Shown: one piece after another, positions 14,232 through 25,986 of the stretch
Position numbering within the stretch: position 1 is the first letter of the stretch
How the letters are laid out: each line of letters begins with the position of its first letter
Assembly (NCBI GenBank): GCA_951406725.2
Contig: OX597821.1
Coordinates: 100,502,001 to 100,566,000 of the forward strand
DNA length: 64,000 nucleotides
Direction: 5' to 3'
Origin: Octopus vulgaris
Lineage: Eukaryota
Program-made: the position numbers and the translations under genes
Notes under the pieces: generated by a model
Databases searched by the model: none
The model's input: the letters and a program-made list of their open reading frames with translations, nothing else
Told to the model about the DNA's origin: nothing

Positions 14232-14401
14232 AGGAGCAGGCGTGGCTGCGTGGTAAGAAGCATGCTTCCTAACCTACATGGTCCCGGGTTCAATTCTACT
14301 GCATGGCACCTTGGGCAAGTGAGTTATACTATAGCCTTTGGGTCGACCAAATCCTTGTGAGTGTAATTAGTAAACGGAAACTGAAAGAAGCACGTCGTAT
14401 A

Positions 14402-14474
<73 letters not shown>

Positions 14475-14496
14475 GTGTGTATGTATGTACTTTTGT

Positions 14497-14531
<35 letters not shown>

Positions 14532-14726
14532 TTTTTGCCTGTGTTTCTCCCCCACAACACCATCACATGACCACCGATACTGGTGTGTTTGCATCTGCAT
14601 TTCGGCAAAAGAGGATAAGTACCAACTTTACAAAAAATGTAGTCGATCGATACATTCTGGTAAGAATTTAAGGCGCTACCTCAGCATGGCTGAAGTCTAA
14701 TGACTGAAAGAAGTAAAAGATAAAGG

Positions 14727-14727
<1 letters not shown>
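14232..14727 (+). mobile_element. SINE group A with expanded internal microsatellite
   Basis: A head and tail separated by about 130 bp of (TA)n(TG)n. Confidence 0.85.
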
Positions 14728-14817
<90 letters not shown>

Positions 14818-14843
14818 GTGTGTATGTGTGTGTATGTGCATGA

Positions 14844-14883
<40 letters not shown>

Positions 14884-14885
<2 letters not shown>

Positions 14886-15067
14886 GATTTTTTTCCCCTG
14901 TCTTCCCTTCTCGGGATCTTTCCTTCTCCTATGTTTCCGACGAAGAGCTCCGCTCGAAACGTCAAACCCCCCTTCTTCCCTTCTTTCCTGAGCGTCCAAT
15001 AATACTTTATTTGTTCCACGTCATCGCGTTGTTTTTTTTGTTTTTGTTTTCTTGTTTGGATTAACTT
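14884..15067 (+). mobile_element. short (TA)n-flanked element with hammerhead-like motif (putative Penelope-like pseudo-LTR derivative)
   Basis: Unique ~185 bp between two (TA)n tracts, containing the motif at 14933-14967. Confidence 0.65.
14933..14967 (+). ncRNA. minimal type-I hammerhead ribozyme motif (U4->C variant)
   Basis: GTTT-CCGACGA-A-GAGC tcc GCTC-GAAA-C-GTC-AAAC: stem I GTTT/AAAC, stem II GAGC/GCTC, ACGT palindromic stem III and a GUC site. Confidence 0.65.
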
Positions 15068-15099
<32 letters not shown>

Positions 15100-15414
15100 T
15101 AAGGAAAGTTTAACGATGTATATGCACATTCACACAAACGTTACGGAGTGCTGGTGACTATATATACAGTGTGTACATGAAAACATGCACGTACACATAG
15201 ATTTATTCACACTCTTGTTTCGCCTGTTCCTGGATTCACATGCACAGAAATATAAATATAGAATATACAGTAACAAGAGTATGCACATAGGTAGATAAAC
15301 ATACATATACACATACATATATGTGTGCATATATGTACATTCATGTACTTTTGTTTTGTAATTGTCTCTCTCATACACACACGTGTGTGTGTGTATGTGT
15401 GTATCGGTGAGTAT

Positions 15415-15415
15415 G

Positions 15416-15448
<33 letters not shown>

Positions 15449-15456
15449 ATACATAT

Positions 15457-15502
<46 letters not shown>

Positions 15503-15514
15503 ATATATATATAT

Positions 15515-15578
<64 letters not shown>

Positions 15579-15579
15579 G

Positions 15580-15612
<33 letters not shown>

Positions 15613-15716
15613 GTGTGTATGTATATGTATATATGTATATGTATATGTATATATGTATATATATATGTATATATATACATATATATATGTAAACGTATAT
15701 ATGTATATATATATGT

Positions 15717-15772
<56 letters not shown>

Positions 15773-15779
15773 GTGTATA

Positions 15780-15815
<36 letters not shown>
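15415..15815. repeat. (TA)n-rich compound microsatellite
   Basis: Directly visible. Confidence 0.95.
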
Positions 15816-15817
<2 letters not shown>

Positions 15818-15988
15818 TACATACATATGTCTCTCTCTATGTATATAATTGCATGTATATGTATATAAGTATATATGCATATATAAAGCGCGCGCTCGTT
15901 TTCCTTATGTTCCTAATTCCCTGGAAAAGTAATAAATCTTGCAATGATGTGTTCGGATCTAAGATTTCATCTTTACGCAACAAATTAA

Positions 15989-16030
<42 letters not shown>

Positions 16031-16358
16031 CGACGCATGCGCGCGGACATCAACACACAATTGAACATAAACGCAATATAAGGGTAGATGTCATAAGAAG
16101 AGAATTTGCTGTTACAGTTGTCGACGTCGCTGCTGCTGCTGGTGTTGGTGTTGTTGTTGTTGTTGTGATGGTAGTGGTGGTGGTGGTGGTGTAGCGGAGG
16201 TGTTGGATGTGATGGTAGGATGTTGGCGCTGTTGATGCCGGCGATGCTGTTACCTATCTGCCATCGTTTGATTTATTATCGATTTTCGTGTGTAATTCCT
16301 CGTGGAAAGCTAATCTTATGTTGCGAAATGAATGAAAGGATGTACCGCGAAGAAGTTC

Positions 16359-16419
16359 ATTATTATTATTATTATTATCATTATTATTATTATCATTATT
16401 ATTATTATTATTATTATTG

Positions 16420-16475
<56 letters not shown>

Positions 16476-16534
16476 TTAATTTTTATTATTATTATTATTA
16501 TTATTACTATTTTTATTATTATTATTATTGTTGT

Positions 16535-16567
<33 letters not shown>

Positions 16568-16571
16568 TATG

Positions 16572-16607
<36 letters not shown>

Positions 16608-16614
16608 GTTGTTG

Positions 16615-16648
<34 letters not shown>

Positions 16649-16660
16649 CATTATTATTAT
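16359..16660. repeat. (ATT)n microsatellite
   Basis: Directly visible. Confidence 0.95.
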
Positions 16661-16997
16661 TTTCTTTGTGTTTTTTTTTGCCTTGTTCGTTTTTCTTTGT
16701 TTTTTTTTTAATGTAAATATAACTGCGTGTGTGTCTGTGTTTTCTGTGTCTATGTACCTGCATCTAAACGTACACATACATACACACATATTAACGATAA
16801 ATAAAGGAACCTGCCAGAACAAAAATTATAATAATAATAGAGTGAAAGTAAAAGAAACTAGGATATATTTTTGCATATGCGCAGAAAGGCGTGCATGCAT
16901 ATACAAATACATGCACATACACACACATTTAATATATACAAAATACATACCTATATATATATATATGTATATGTATATGTATATAAGTGTGGCTGTG

Positions 16998-17583
16998 TGC
17001 GAGCTGGCTGAAACGTTAGCACGCCGGGCGAAATGTGAAACCGTATTTCGTCTGCCGCTACGTTGTGAGTTCAAATACCGCCGAGGTCGACTTTGCCTTT
17101 CATCCTTTCGAGGTCGATAAATTAAGTACCAGTTACGCACTGGGGTCGATATAATCGACTTAATCCGTCTGTCTGTCCTTGTTTGTCTCCTCTGTGTTTA
17201 GCCCCTTGTGGGTAGTAAAGAAATAGGTATTTTGCTTACCAACCATATGGTTCTGGGTTCAGTCCCACTGCGTGACACCTTGGGCGAGTGTCTTCTACAA
17301 TAGCCGCGAACCGACCAAAGCCTTGTGAGTGGATTTGTTAGACGGAATCTGAAAGAAGCCCATCGTATATATATTCGTGTGTGTGTGTGTGTGTGCTTTT
17401 TACCCCACCATCGCTTGACAACCCAAGCTGGTGTGTTAACGTCCCCGTAACCTAGCGTTTCAGCAAACGTCACCGATAGCATAATTACTAGTCCTGGGGT
17501 CGATCTTTGCGACTAAAGGTGGTGCTCCTGCATGGCCACAGTCAAACGACTGAAACATATAAAAGAATAAAAGAAAAAAGAAT
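16998..17583 (+). mobile_element. SINE B (16998-17225) inserted into the head of a SINE A (remainder 17231-17583)
   Basis: The A-head fragment GTGGCTGTGTG precedes B. After the B tail GAAATA|GGTATT the A sequence resumes at TTGCTTACCAACC. Confidence 0.8.
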
Positions 17584-17595
17584 ATATATATATAT

Positions 17596-17988
17596 ATCGT
17601 TTCTACTATAGGCACAAGACCTGGACTTTGGGAAAGAGGATAGTCGATTGCATCTACCCCAATACTCAACTGGTACTTCTTTTATCGACCCAGAAAGGAT
17701 GAAAAACAAAGTAGAACTCGGCTGAATTTGAACGCACAACATAAAGACGGACGAAATACCTATTTCTTTACTACCCACAAGGGGCTAAACACAGAAGGGG
17801 CAAACAAGGACAGACAAACGGATTAAGTCGATTACATCGACCCCAGCGCGTAACTGGTACTTATTTAAATTGACCACTAAAGGATGAAAGGCAAAGTCGG
17901 CCTCGGCAGAATTTGAACTCAGAACGTAACAGCAGACGAAATACCGCTAAGCATTTCACCCACCGAGGCAACGATTCTACCAGCTCGC
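17596..17988 (-). mobile_element. young SINE B joined to an older B' copy
   Basis: Minus strand: head, body, GAAATA|GGTATTTCGTC, then a diverged body with the B' tail. Confidence 0.8.
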
Positions 17989-18017
17989 TGTCTTGTGTCA
18001 ATATACATACATACACA

Positions 18018-18125
<108 letters not shown>

Positions 18126-18242
18126 CATACATACAGAGACACTCATATCACAAGCTACGCAATGGTAAATCACACACATACATACACACCTATATATGCA
18201 TCCATGTGTGTATGTGTGTATACATATACATATATATATATA

Positions 18243-18507
18243 TTGGATTTTAATCATAGGGTATTCTGCCTAAAAAATGGATCTACAATTTCAATAGCCC
18301 TACATATCTCACATCTATTTTCTTTCCTCCACCTCACTCTCTATTTTGTATCCTATCTAAACTAGTACTTAACCATTTTCTCACACCGCCTCGGATGAAG
18401 GGATATAATTAAAAAGTATCCTGTAAACAGCTGTAAGACCTTATATCTATAAATGTTCTATCTACACAGCCTTGGGTTTTTTATCTCATTACGTAAAAAT
18501 TTCTTAT
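18243..18507 (+). mobile_element. (TA)n-flanked element with degenerate hammerhead motif (18388-18439)
   Basis: CGGATGA-AG-GGATAT..GTATCC-T-GTAAA-CAGCTG-TA-AGAC, with an ACAGCTGT palindromic stem III. The 3' end abuts (TA)n. Confidence 0.5.
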
Positions 18508-18572
18508 ATATATATATATATATATTTATATATAAGTAAAAGGTTGGAAATGAACACACGAGTTGATATGCC

Positions 18573-18850
18573 TAAGGAAAATAAGTCAAAGTAGAAAATG
18601 CTAAAATAATTTTATCATAAAATCCTTTTAGTAGCGGTTTCATTGATTGAAAATTTTTCAACTCTAAGTATGGAAAACAAATTTTGGACAAATTGAATGA
18701 AACATTCTTTTAAAAAAATTTTCATTTAATTTTTCCAAAATTTAATTATTTTCCATACATGGAGTTGAAAAATTCTCAATGACTGAAACCGGTACTAAAA
18801 TGTTTTTTTATGATGAAATTATTTTAGTATTTTCTACCTTGACTTATTTT

Positions 18851-18855
<5 letters not shown>
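18573..18855. repeat. ~283-bp fold-back palindrome (two ~140-bp arms, almost no spacer)
   Basis: The left arm TAAGGAAAATAAGTCAAAGTAGAAAATGCTAAAATAATTTTATCATAAAA.. is the diverged reverse complement of the right arm ending ..TTTTCTACCTTGACTTATTTTCCTTA. Confidence 0.9.
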
Positions 18856-18920
<65 letters not shown>

Positions 18921-18922
<2 letters not shown>

Positions 18923-19203
18923 CATGGACTCATTCGTCGCCAAAAGACGTTTGAGGTTTCGGCAATATCTTGCCGAACAAGCGCACAGATGATTTGTTTC
19001 TAGTGATCAAATGTTTGTGTTCACATAAGCTCTCCCTCCATGAAATCGACATTACATGTGCAGGTGTACCGTGTGTCACATGTGAGATGACGAAATGAGC
19101 GTAAAGCTTTGCTCAACTACACAATGCAGTAACCAGTCTGCTAGGTGAAACCACGATCTCGCCGTCGTGAGTGCAACACCTTAACCACTAAGCCATGCGC
19201 CTA
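18921..19203 (-). mobile_element. diverged tRNA-derived SINE
   Basis: Minus head GTAGGCGCATGGCTTAGTGGTTAAGGTGTTGCACTCACGAC..GTGGTTTC. Confidence 0.6.
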
Positions 19204-19245
19204 CATACATACATACATATATACATACATACATACATACATACA

Positions 19246-19316
<71 letters not shown>

Positions 19317-19320
<4 letters not shown>

Positions 19321-19514
19321 AGAGTTTACGAAAGAAACAAAAGACGAAGACAGGTGGTGTACAAAACAAACAGATGTATTAGTATAACGCCCAGGAATAG
19401 AAGAAGTCTTTTATGTTTCGAGCCCACGCTCTTCTACAGAAAGGGACAGAAAAAACAAGGAGAGAAACAAGGAGAGAAAAAAGTGTGTGTAGTGGCTAAC
19501 GATCTATCATGGCG
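19317..19514 (-). mobile_element. family E ~195-bp element with hammerhead-like motif (19408-19443)
   Basis: Homologous to 30285-30476, 58487-58678 and 61420-61590. Minus strand CTTT-CTGTAGA-A-GAGC gtgg GCTC-GAAAC-ATA-AAAG. The 3' end joins (TA)n. Confidence 0.75.
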
Positions 19515-19522
19515 ACTAGTGC

Positions 19523-20075
19523 TAGGCAATGCAAATAAAAATAACTACTTTTAGCCATAGGCTGAAACAGCTGTAAGAGGTGATTTTAATAATTTCAATA
19601 ATTTATATTATGATTTTTATAATTTGTATTCTTATCTTATATGTATTGAATTTTAAGATATACATGTATGATATTGAGGTTCTCATTTTGTTGAATGAAT
19701 AAATAATCCAACATTCTAATATCCGAAAGTTGATGAACAAACTAAATTTGTTTCTCCATTTTCATATTTGTATTATATAACATATATATATACATATATA
19801 TACATATATGTATATATATTCATATACATATATACATATACATATATACATATATATATATATTTATATATATATATATTTATATATATATATATATTCA
19901 TATATACATACATATATATATATATTCATATATACATATACATATATATTCATATATACATATATATATACATATATACATACATATATATACATATATA
20001 CATATATACCTATATACATATATACATACATATATATATACATATATACATACATATATATGTATGCATATATAC

Positions 20076-20120
<45 letters not shown>

Positions 20121-20228
20121 TATATATATACATATGTATATATGAATATATATATATATATGAATATATATATATGTATATATGCATATATATATATGTA
20201 TATATATATATGTATATATATGTATATA

Positions 20229-20272
<44 letters not shown>

Positions 20273-20527
20273 ATATAATACAAATAAGAAAATGGAGAAA
20301 CAAATTTAGTTTGTTCATCAACTTTCGATATTAGAATGTTGGATTATTTATTCATTTAACAAAATTAGAACCTTAATAGCATACATATATATCTTATAAT
20401 TCAATACATATAAGATAAGAATACAAATTATAAAAGTCATAATATAAATTATTGAAATCATTAAAATCACTTCTTACACCTGTTTCAGCCTATGGCTAAA
20501 AGTAGTTATTTTTATTTTTATTGCCTA
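19523..20527. repeat. inverted repeat with ~260-bp arms (19523-19782 and 20269-20527) around a (TA)-rich tract
   Basis: The arms are diverged reverse complements, e.g. GAAAGTTGATGAACAAACTAAATTTGTTTCTCCATTTTC vs GAAAATGGAGAAACAAATTTAGTTTGTTCATCAACTTTC. Confidence 0.92.
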
Positions 20528-20606
20528 TAGTTGTCAACATAATGAGGTTGTAGACATTTAAAAATATGGTACTTATATATATATAACCATAGGCCTCGTC
20601 AGAGGT
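20473..20606 (-). ncRNA. type-I hammerhead motif with 12-bp stem II and 85-nt loop 2
   Basis: Minus strand CT-CTGACGA-GGCCTATGGTTA-[85 nt]-TAGCCATAGGCT-GAAA-CAGGTG-TA-AG. The inverted copy has the perfect ACAGCTGT stem III. Stem I is weak. Confidence 0.62.
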
Positions 20607-20875
20607 TATAAGGATCTTTAAAAATATTCATATTAGTACCTTAAACATGATACACGTATTATTTAATATATATAAATATATATATAAAATATGACCAAAT
20701 ATCCATATAGACATATACATATACATACATAAGCAAAGTGTATGTACTTTTACAAGTGTAAAATACATAAATAAACACAATTAAACAATAGGTCCAAGTA
20801 GATATGCCATACGTCGTATACATTTATTGGAACATATAAACACGTCTATGCTTATGAACAGATAAATAATAATAA

Positions 20876-20928
<53 letters not shown>

Positions 20929-21024
20929 CATTATTACTATTATTATGTTTATTAATAATAACAATATTATAACACGTCTATACTTATGACCAGATAAATA
21001 ACAATCAATTATTAATAATAATGC

Positions 21025-21085
<61 letters not shown>

Positions 21086-21128
21086 GTTATCATTATCATT
21101 ATTATTATTATCATTATTATTATTATTA

Positions 21129-21177
<49 letters not shown>

Positions 21178-21258
21178 CAATATTATTATTATTATTATTA
21201 TTATCATTATTATTATTATTATTATTATTATCATTATTATTATTATTATTATTATTAC

Positions 21259-21305
<47 letters not shown>
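20876..21305. repeat. (ATT)n microsatellite with a duplicated ~45-bp unique unit
   Basis: AACACGTCTAT.CTTATGA.CAGATAAATAA at about 20839 and 20971. Confidence 0.9.
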
Positions 21306-21306
<1 letters not shown>

Positions 21307-21541
21307 GTTTATCAATGATAATATTATTATATTTATAGTAATCTTCACTAGACCATACATATTATAATAGATAAATACGAAACAAGATAAACAATCAACA
21401 ATCCATACAAATAAATATATATATATATGCATACATATATATATATATATATATATATACGTATACAAATATACATGCATATAAACATATAAAACATACA
21501 GTTAGACTATGGTTTTCAGTATATACATCCTCTTAATACAA

Positions 21542-21592
<51 letters not shown>

Positions 21593-21635
21593 CTGTAAGT
21601 TTGGAATAATATTCCCTCATATTATTATTATTATT

Positions 21636-21859
21636 CTATGTTTGACTTTTGCTTTACATTTGCACCCAGAGACCTCAAGAGACAACCAGTTGGAAGTTCA
21701 TGTTGGTGTTATACGTAGGGTGCCATATATTTGGTTTTGTACTTAGTGTTGTACTAGTGAATGCCTAAAAAACCATATGAAAATTATGTTTGTTTTAAAA
21801 CTTGAGATTACATAGAAAGTATTTTGCGTAGGATATGAGCAGTTCCCATGAGCACTATC

Positions 21860-21862
<3 letters not shown>
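21636..21862 (-). mobile_element. 3' end of an R4/Dong-like restriction-like-endonuclease LINE in (TAA)n
   Basis: Minus 21861-21808 encodes KIVLMGTAHILRKILSM*, matching the K.VLLGTA.ILRK.L* C-terminal motif of R4/Dong/NeSL-type elements. The 3' UTR ends in (AAT)n and the fragment is flanked by ATT repeats. Confidence 0.75.
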
Positions 21863-21926
<64 letters not shown>

Positions 21927-22335
21927 GAGTGAGAGAGCAGTGCATGCCATCAGAGTGACACAGGGCTAAAATATACGAAGCCCAGTATACCCATCATGAC
22001 TACCCGTCTGATAAGGGTACACTAGGCACATGCATCACAACCATGTGTGCGCGACATGGTGATCTCATATCAAGATAAACAGCACATGACCTTGCAGGTG
22101 GGGGCCCAGTTAGAATTTTCTTCAGGTCGAGTAACCCATCCCACTCGAAAGGTCCCTGAATAAGGGTTGTTTAAGGATGTTGAACGAAACACCCGTTTCC
22201 AGAGGTGAATTATTCAAACCCCAAAGAATCCTTCTCAACACACGGCTATGATGCTCCCCCATTACTTCTCCTCGTGATCAGAGATGCACATATCGTCAGC
22301 CACTAAGGGACATGCTCAACTGGTTAAGGTCAAAC

Positions 22336-22336
<1 letters not shown>
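21927..22336 (-). mobile_element. unclassified ~410-bp insertion within (ATT)n
   Basis: Balanced-composition unique block with sharp borders in ATT tracts on both sides. Orientation is a guess from the (AAT)n tail. Confidence 0.55.
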
Positions 22337-22393
<57 letters not shown>

Positions 22394-23509
22394 GAAAACA
22401 TATACATATACATACACACGCACTTACATATTCAGAAAAGCCTACTCGTAGTGGTATTGCGTGAGAATGATAGGAACTGAGAGAAGAGAGAGAACAACAG
22501 ACACAGATACACAGACAAGCAGATAGGAGACTGACAGACAGAGAGAGATAGAGACAGACAGATAGAGAGACAGAATGTGAGAGAGAGGAAGAAAACAATT
22601 AAAGTGTTTTTGACGCTTCACGTTCTTGTATAAAGTAGTTGATATATCTTGGCGGGAAGTAAAGGTATTAATATTTCTTCACCAGATAATATTATAATAA
22701 TGCAGATATCATATGGGTATTATTAGTATTATGTTACGCTATTGTCCTGCTATACGTTCGAGTGCGAGTTGCACTGTGGATGTTTGTGCGTTTCTATAAT
22801 GTGTTTGAGAACGATTTTTGCATACATAGGGATGTGGGTTCGAAGCACTTTTACGTATATGTGTAAGCGTGCACATGTTTTTGATTGTGGGTATTTTCGT
22901 ATATGTTTGGACGCGATTTTTATTGTATGTGTATGCGAGTGTGTGTTTGTGTTTGGGAGCACATTTGTGCATGAGTGTATGGGTGTATGTGTTTTTGCGT
23001 ATGTTTCGGGGGGTAATTTTTCTGTATGAGTGTATGTGAGTGTGTGTGTGTGTCTGTGTGTAAGCTTTTTAGTTTGTTGGTGTGTTAGCAAAAGCATATA
23101 TAGCTGATTGAATGTGTATGTGATATACGAAAGAATAAGAGATGAAAGTGGATAGGAGGAAAATAGTGAGGAGAATTTTACAAATAATAAGAGGCAGAGA
23201 GACAGACAGATAGACAGGTAGACAGACACAGACAGACAGAGAGATAGGTATAGAGAGACAGAGGGGAAGAGAGTAAGATACAGAGACAAAGGGAGAGTGT
23301 GAGAGCGTGAAAGGCAAGAAAATTTGGGGGAAGCGAGTAATTTGGGAGTCGGAATCAAATGTAAATTGATTATCTGAAAACCGCACTGAATGACGCCAAA
23401 GTAAGTAACCACGTGACCAGGCTTTAATTCACTCATTCAAAAGTGTAGATCAGCGTTTCTTAAAGGGTAGGGTAATATCTTTGTGAGACAAGGATTACTT
23501 GGAAATATT

Positions 23510-24015
23510 CTTTTCTTTTCTGCTTTAGGCACAAGGTCCGAAATTTTAGGGGAGGGAGCCAGTCGGTTAGACCGCGGTGGAATTTGAATCAGAACGTAAA
23601 GACAGACGAAATACCTATTTCTTTACTACACACAAAGGGCTAAACACAGAGAGGACAAACAAGGACAGACAAACGGATTAAGTCGATTATATCGACTCCA
23701 GTGCGTAACTGGTACTTATTTAATCGACCCCGACAGGATGAAAGGCAAAGTCGACCTCGGCGGAATTTGAACTCAGAACGTAACGGCAGACGAAATACCT
23801 ATTTCTTTACTACCCACAAGGGGACAAACAAGGACAGACAAACGGATTAAATCAATTATATCGATCCCAGTGCGTAACTGGTACTTATTTAATCGACCCG
23901 GAAAGGATGAAAGGCAAAGTCGACCTCGACGGAATTTGAACTCAGAACGTAAAGACAGACGAAATGCCGCTAAGAATTTCACCCGGCGTGCTAACGTTTC
24001 TGCCAGCTCGCCACC
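23510..24015 (-). mobile_element. SINE B head-to-tail trimer ending in a B' tail
   Basis: One head, two GAAATA|GGTATTTCGTCTG junctions, and a last unit with CCCCTAAAATTTCGGACCTTGTGCC. Confidence 0.85.
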
Positions 24016-24065
24016 ATATTACCTGGACATTTTGTGTAAGTGAGTAGTAACCGAAGAAAATTTCA

Positions 24066-24283
24066 TGGACGCACGTGGCTTAGTGGTTAAGGTGTTGGAC
24101 TCATGATCGTAAGACTGTGGTTTCGATTTCAGGACCGTGCATTACATCGTTTTCTTGAGCAAAACATTTCATTCCACGTTTCTCCAGTTCGTTCAGCTGG
24201 CAAAAAAGAATAATCCTGCGTCGGACCGGCGTCCCATTCAGGTGAAGAATTTATACGCCATGGAAACCGGATAACCAGCCCTT
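24066..24283 (+). mobile_element. CORE-like tRNA-derived SINE
   Basis: TGGCTTAGTGG A box, GGTTTCGATTTC B box, TCTTGAGCAAAAC..CAGTTC.TTCAGCTG and a GGCGTCCC..GGAAACCGG tail. Similar diverged copy at 12055-12295. Confidence 0.7.
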
Positions 24284-24970
24284 GAATTAAAACTTATTAA
24301 TTCAAAACTTCTTAATTTTGATGACATCTACAGGAAGAAGCTTCTTTTCCATTAATTTTTGGCAAATGTATCTTTCATAATAAAGAATTGGTGTCATCCG
24401 ACTGTATGGAACAGTCATTGGGTGTTTCAACTCGAAACATTCTCTCATTTCGTGCATCAGCATTCACTGCTAAATTACTGCTCATCATCTCTTCCTACCT
24501 TCCAGCTCAATTTCTCTCATTTGCTCTATAAGGAGCAAGGAGGAAGTCTTTCTGCTACTGCTGCATTATATATGTATATTTCGAAACGCGGAGTAGATGG
24601 AATAGAGGCGACTGAAGAAGGGGAATTTTCCTTGTGTCGTGTGTCCTGTACTCTATTTTTGCGTTGTTTAAGAAAAATGTCCATTTCCTTGGTTTTGTGT
24701 TTATGTTTTTGTTTCTCATTGTGTTCGACGTTTTTGGGTGTCCTGTACCCATATATGCATGTATATATGCATATGTTTTATTCATTAATTTGTTATTATA
24801 TGCAGCACGGATTTTCGTCAGTGAACAGGTCGCGGGCTTAAAGCGACGAAAATATTTTGACAAATTAAACTTAAATGTTGAAGTGAATAGAACGGCTTTT
24901 GTGTGTTTCTTAAATGGCTTACAAACACCTTCCACGCTGCAATATATATATATATATGCGTGTGTGTGTG

Positions 24971-25277
24971 TAGAGGCACATTGCCTAGTGGTTAAAGCAG
25001 CGGACTCGCGGTCGAGGGATCGCGGGCTCGAATCTCAGACCGGGAGATGTGTGTGTTTATGAGCGAAACACTTAAGCTCCCTGCGGTTCCGGCAAAGAGT
25101 AATGGCGAACTTCTGGTAACTCTTTCGTCACGACTTTCTTTCACTCTTACCTCCTGCACCTTGCAGCTCACCTGCGACGGACCGGCGTCCCGTCCAGGTG
25201 GGCAACCTATACGCCAAGGAAACCGGAAACCGGCCCTATGAGCCAGGCATGGCTTAAGAAGGAACAAACAACAACAA
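24971..25277 (+). mobile_element. SINE group C variant with tail type 3
   Basis: C-like head, GCGACGGACCGGCGTCCCGTCCAGG..GGAAACCGG tail and an (ACA)n end. Confidence 0.8.
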
Positions 25278-25671
25278 TATACATATATATATATATATAT
25301 ATATACCTGTGTGTGTGTATGTATGTTTGTATGTATGTACATGTATGTATATATATATATATATATCGTTACTATTATGTTAAAGTGCCATATGTCAAAA
25401 TCTGGCCAAATGCGTTTTTTTCTTCAATACTTATGCTTGTAATAACCGGTTCTTTTGGTCAAACTAGCGTATCTCTAGCTTCTTCAGATGCTAAGATATC
25501 AAAAATTGTCAATGTTTTATTTTGGAATGCTGAGAGTATTTTTTCGTTTTCTGAAAAAAAAAAATAAAAGCAACGTTTTGGACTTTCGACACTTTTCGAT
25601 AATAGCAACGATAAAGAAATTGAGATATGACAAAGGAATAAACATACACGATTGTCTTACGAACATCATTA

Positions 25672-25750
25672 GCTTACAGCTGTTTCTGCTATAAGATGCA
25701 ATGGACTCATAGTTGAGCGCCTGTGTAATACATTGCAGATTCATCAGCGC
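25672..25750 (-). ncRNA. degenerate hammerhead motif
   Basis: Minus strand GCG-CTGATGA-ATC TGCAATG..CATTGCA..GCA-GAAA-CAGCTG-TA-AGC. The core nucleotides are intact but stems I and II are imperfect. Confidence 0.45.
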
Positions 25751-25986
25751 ATCAAATGAATGTGTGTGTACCTGTCTGTCTGTGTGTATGTATATACGTG
25801 TGCATGTTTGTATGTATATCAACGTTGTCTGTTCATGATCTGATGCAGGATTTGAGTAGTGAGGGGAACAGATTTGGGGTGGGTCAAAACTGATTGAGAA
25901 ACTCTTTGTTTATTTTGTAGCTTTCCTTCATGTTTTATTACATCTATCATCAATATACACTTATACATACTTATATAAAAGTATAT

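Noticed and set aside
15130-17120. Long ORFs (up to 289 aa) of IY/CV/HT/poly-I/poly-Y here and throughout the track
   Set aside because: These are stop-free translations of di-, tri- and tetranucleotide microsatellites, with no domain content.
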